Origin: Candidatus Poseidoniaceae archaeon
GTDB taxonomy: Archaea > Thermoplasmatota > Poseidoniia > Poseidoniales > Poseidoniaceae
Direction of reading: 5' to 3'
NCBI GenBank assembly: GCA_964228815.1
Contig: CAXRAL010000007.1
Coordinates: forward strand, 41,891-105,890
Length of the DNA stretch: 64,000 nt
A program made the translations under genes and the position numbers. Positions 62,453 to 64,000 of this stretch are shown here, in pieces. Every line of letters begins with the position of its first letter. Position 1 is the first letter of the stretch. Under the pieces are notes generated by a model. The model was not told the origin of the DNA. It searched no databases and saw only the letters and a program-made list of their open reading frames with translations.

Positions 62453-62770
62453 TCACTCGGATGAAAGAGCATCGACCACCATCTTCACGGCGGCGTCTTG
62501 GTTGCTTGCAGAGTTGGATTCGATCTTGCTGACTTCGCCGGCCCCGGTCGCTTTGACCTGGTCGGCTTCGCCTTGTGCCTCGGCTCGTGCATCATCGAGA
62601 ATCTTCTGGGTCATGGCCACGGTTTCATCGGCGGCGTCTTGAACCATCTCGGATGCTTTTCGACGGGCATCTGAGAGGATTTTGGAGGCTTCTTCTTGGG
62701 CCTCTGCAAGTCGCTTTTCGGCGTCTTGCTCGGCCGTTTTGATGCTTCGAAGGACTTCGGACATACCCAT
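62453..62770 (-). CDS. atpH: A/V-type ATP synthase subunit H (G-like)
   Basis: EVLRSIKTAEQDA helical protein; first gene of the ATP synthase operon. Confidence 0.88.
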   Translation of the reverse strand: MGMSEVLRSIKTAEQDAEKRLAEAQEEASKILSDARRKASEMVQDAADETVAMTQKILDDARAEAQGEADQVKATGAGEVSKIESNSASNQDAAVKMVVDALSSE

Positions 62771-62836
62771 GAAGAACACCTGTTGATTTTCGCACCGAAA
62801 GGGGGTTTAAGAGTCTAACGGGGTGCGTTCTTGGCC

Positions 62837-63616
62837 TCAGTTTTCGGGCTTGGTGCCACGGAATCGGCTGGCCATGCCAAACGGATAGAGAAGGCGTCCT
62901 TGAACATTGGAAAATCCTACTTCTCGTAGCATGTTCCGGTAGTAGCCGTTGGTGCCGTAGTGCGTGTAACTGGCGGCCAACCCCTTCCATGGATGATTCT
63001 TCTCTTTGGTGATGAGACGGGCCATGACTTGGACCACGCTGTTCATCCACAGGTAGCCGAAGAAACCGTGCAGCTTGTTCGCTTTCCCTGCATCACAGAT
63101 CACCAGACGGCCACCGGGTTTGAGCACGCGATAAATTTCCCTCAACCCCTGTGCTTTGTCTTGGAAATCTCGGAAGGAAAACAGACAGAAGACCATGTCG
63201 AAGGTGTTGTCGGGCAGCGGGATGTTTTCGGCAATGGCCTGAACGTATTCAGCGGGACCCTCACCGCGAGCCGCACGGGCAGCATCAACCCGTGGTTGTG
63301 CCGTGGCGAGCATCTCAGGCGAGGGGTCGAGGCAGGTCAGTTCCATCCCGACCAAATCCTCAGCGAACGACCCGGGGCCGCATCCCACTTCAAGCACCTT
63401 CATACCAGGCTCAGCATGGTTTCGGACGTTTCGCCGCCAGCGCTTGTCTTGACCGAAGGTCATCCAGGTGTTGACGCGGTCGTAGTTGGGAATGGTGGCT
63501 TCGAGTTGCCCCTCAAGCATTTCCCAAGCGTCGGCATCGATGCCCGAGGCGTCGAACCCGCCGGTCGCTGCTCGCTTCCCCATGATGGATGGCGAGCCCC
63601 CGACCGTTTTGGACAT
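62837..63616 (-). CDS. UbiE/MenG-like class I SAM-dependent methyltransferase
   Basis: YDRVNTWMTFGQDKRWR, VLEVGCGPG, AENIPLPDNTFD and EIYRVLKPGG. Confidence 0.85.
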   Translation of the reverse strand: MSKTVGGSPSIMGKRAATGGFDASGIDADAWEMLEGQLEATIPNYDRVNTWMTFGQDKRWRRNVRNHAEPGMKVLEVGCGPGSFAEDLVGMELTCLDPSPEMLATAQPRVDAARAARGEGPAEYVQAIAENIPLPDNTFDMVFCLFSFRDFQDKAQGLREIYRVLKPGGRLVICDAGKANKLHGFFGYLWMNSVVQVMARLITKEKNHPWKGLAASYTHYGTNGYYRNMLREVGFSNVQGRLLYPFGMASRFRGTKPEN

Positions 63617-63638
63617 GTCGTTTGGTCCACAGCGCCCT

Positions 63639-64000
63639 TCAGGCGATACGTTCCACGGTTTCTGGCGTGATGCCCTCCTCGGGCGTGACACGGAACACGA
63701 GAATCTTGAGGTTCTCCGGAGCGTTTCTGAACTTGGAGACAATCATCGAGTTCTCAAAATCCGTACCGATGGTTCGAACCTTGAACGACAAGACCATGTC
63801 GGCGATGGAAGACAATTCCTGTTTGATGGCCGGGTCAAGGCCGTCGGTGGACACCGAAATCATGAGCAAGCCACGGACCATCTGGGCGTGGGCTTGAAGC
63901 ATACGGACCATGGATATCACGCGAGCCGGGTCCTCACGCTGGAGGAAAAAGTCCAGGTTGTCGAGGACGGCCCTAAAATACGGTCCAAGGCCCATGATTT
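63639..64000 (-). CDS. KaiC/RAD55-family RecA-like ATPase, C-terminal part (5' end outside the window)
   Basis: VLDNL, IADMVLSF, VSKFRN and F.V..EGI..E..RI fit the C-terminus of archaeal KaiC-like proteins. Confidence 0.7.
   Translation of the reverse strand, partial: IMGLGPYFRAVLDNLDFFLQREDPARVISMVRMLQAHAQMVRGLLMISVSTDGLDPAIKQELSSIADMVLSFKVRTIGTDFENSMIVSKFRNAPENLKILVFRVTPEEGITPETVERIA

Overview
Gene-dense archaeal chromosomal segment. Gene content points to a Marine Group II (Ca. Poseidoniales, Thermoplasmatota) euryarchaeon; this assignment is inferred from gene content, not from a search. Archaeal hallmarks are Hel308, Orc1/Cdc6, S6e, aIF2-gamma, Dph2 and an A1A0 ATP synthase operon (H-I-K-E-C-F-A-B-D). 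Bacterial-type genes are gyrB/gyrA, a class II HMG-CoA reductase and a class II CCA-adding enzyme. The window also holds several secreted or membrane peptidases and smc-scpA-scpB. I saw no rRNA, tRNA, CRISPR array or mobile element. The most striking unexplained structure is at 40.8-41.0 kb: a dyad-symmetric array of TTAACGC heptamers with an 11-bp period, followed by a long hairpin. It sits directly upstream of an operon encoding a degenerate AAA+ ATPase-linker-wHTH protein, a beta-propeller-like protein and DUF357, between cdc6 and smc-scpAB. Other notable items: a membrane-anchored SMR-domain protein in an operon with HEAT and M61/PDZ genes, a SerK-like protein lacking its middle domain, a GcvH-like protein lacking the canonical lipoyl lysine, a catalytically dead site-2-protease-like protein upstream of panE, a thymidylate kinase with a long C-terminal fusion, and three convergent gene pairs joined by exact TGATCA junctions.
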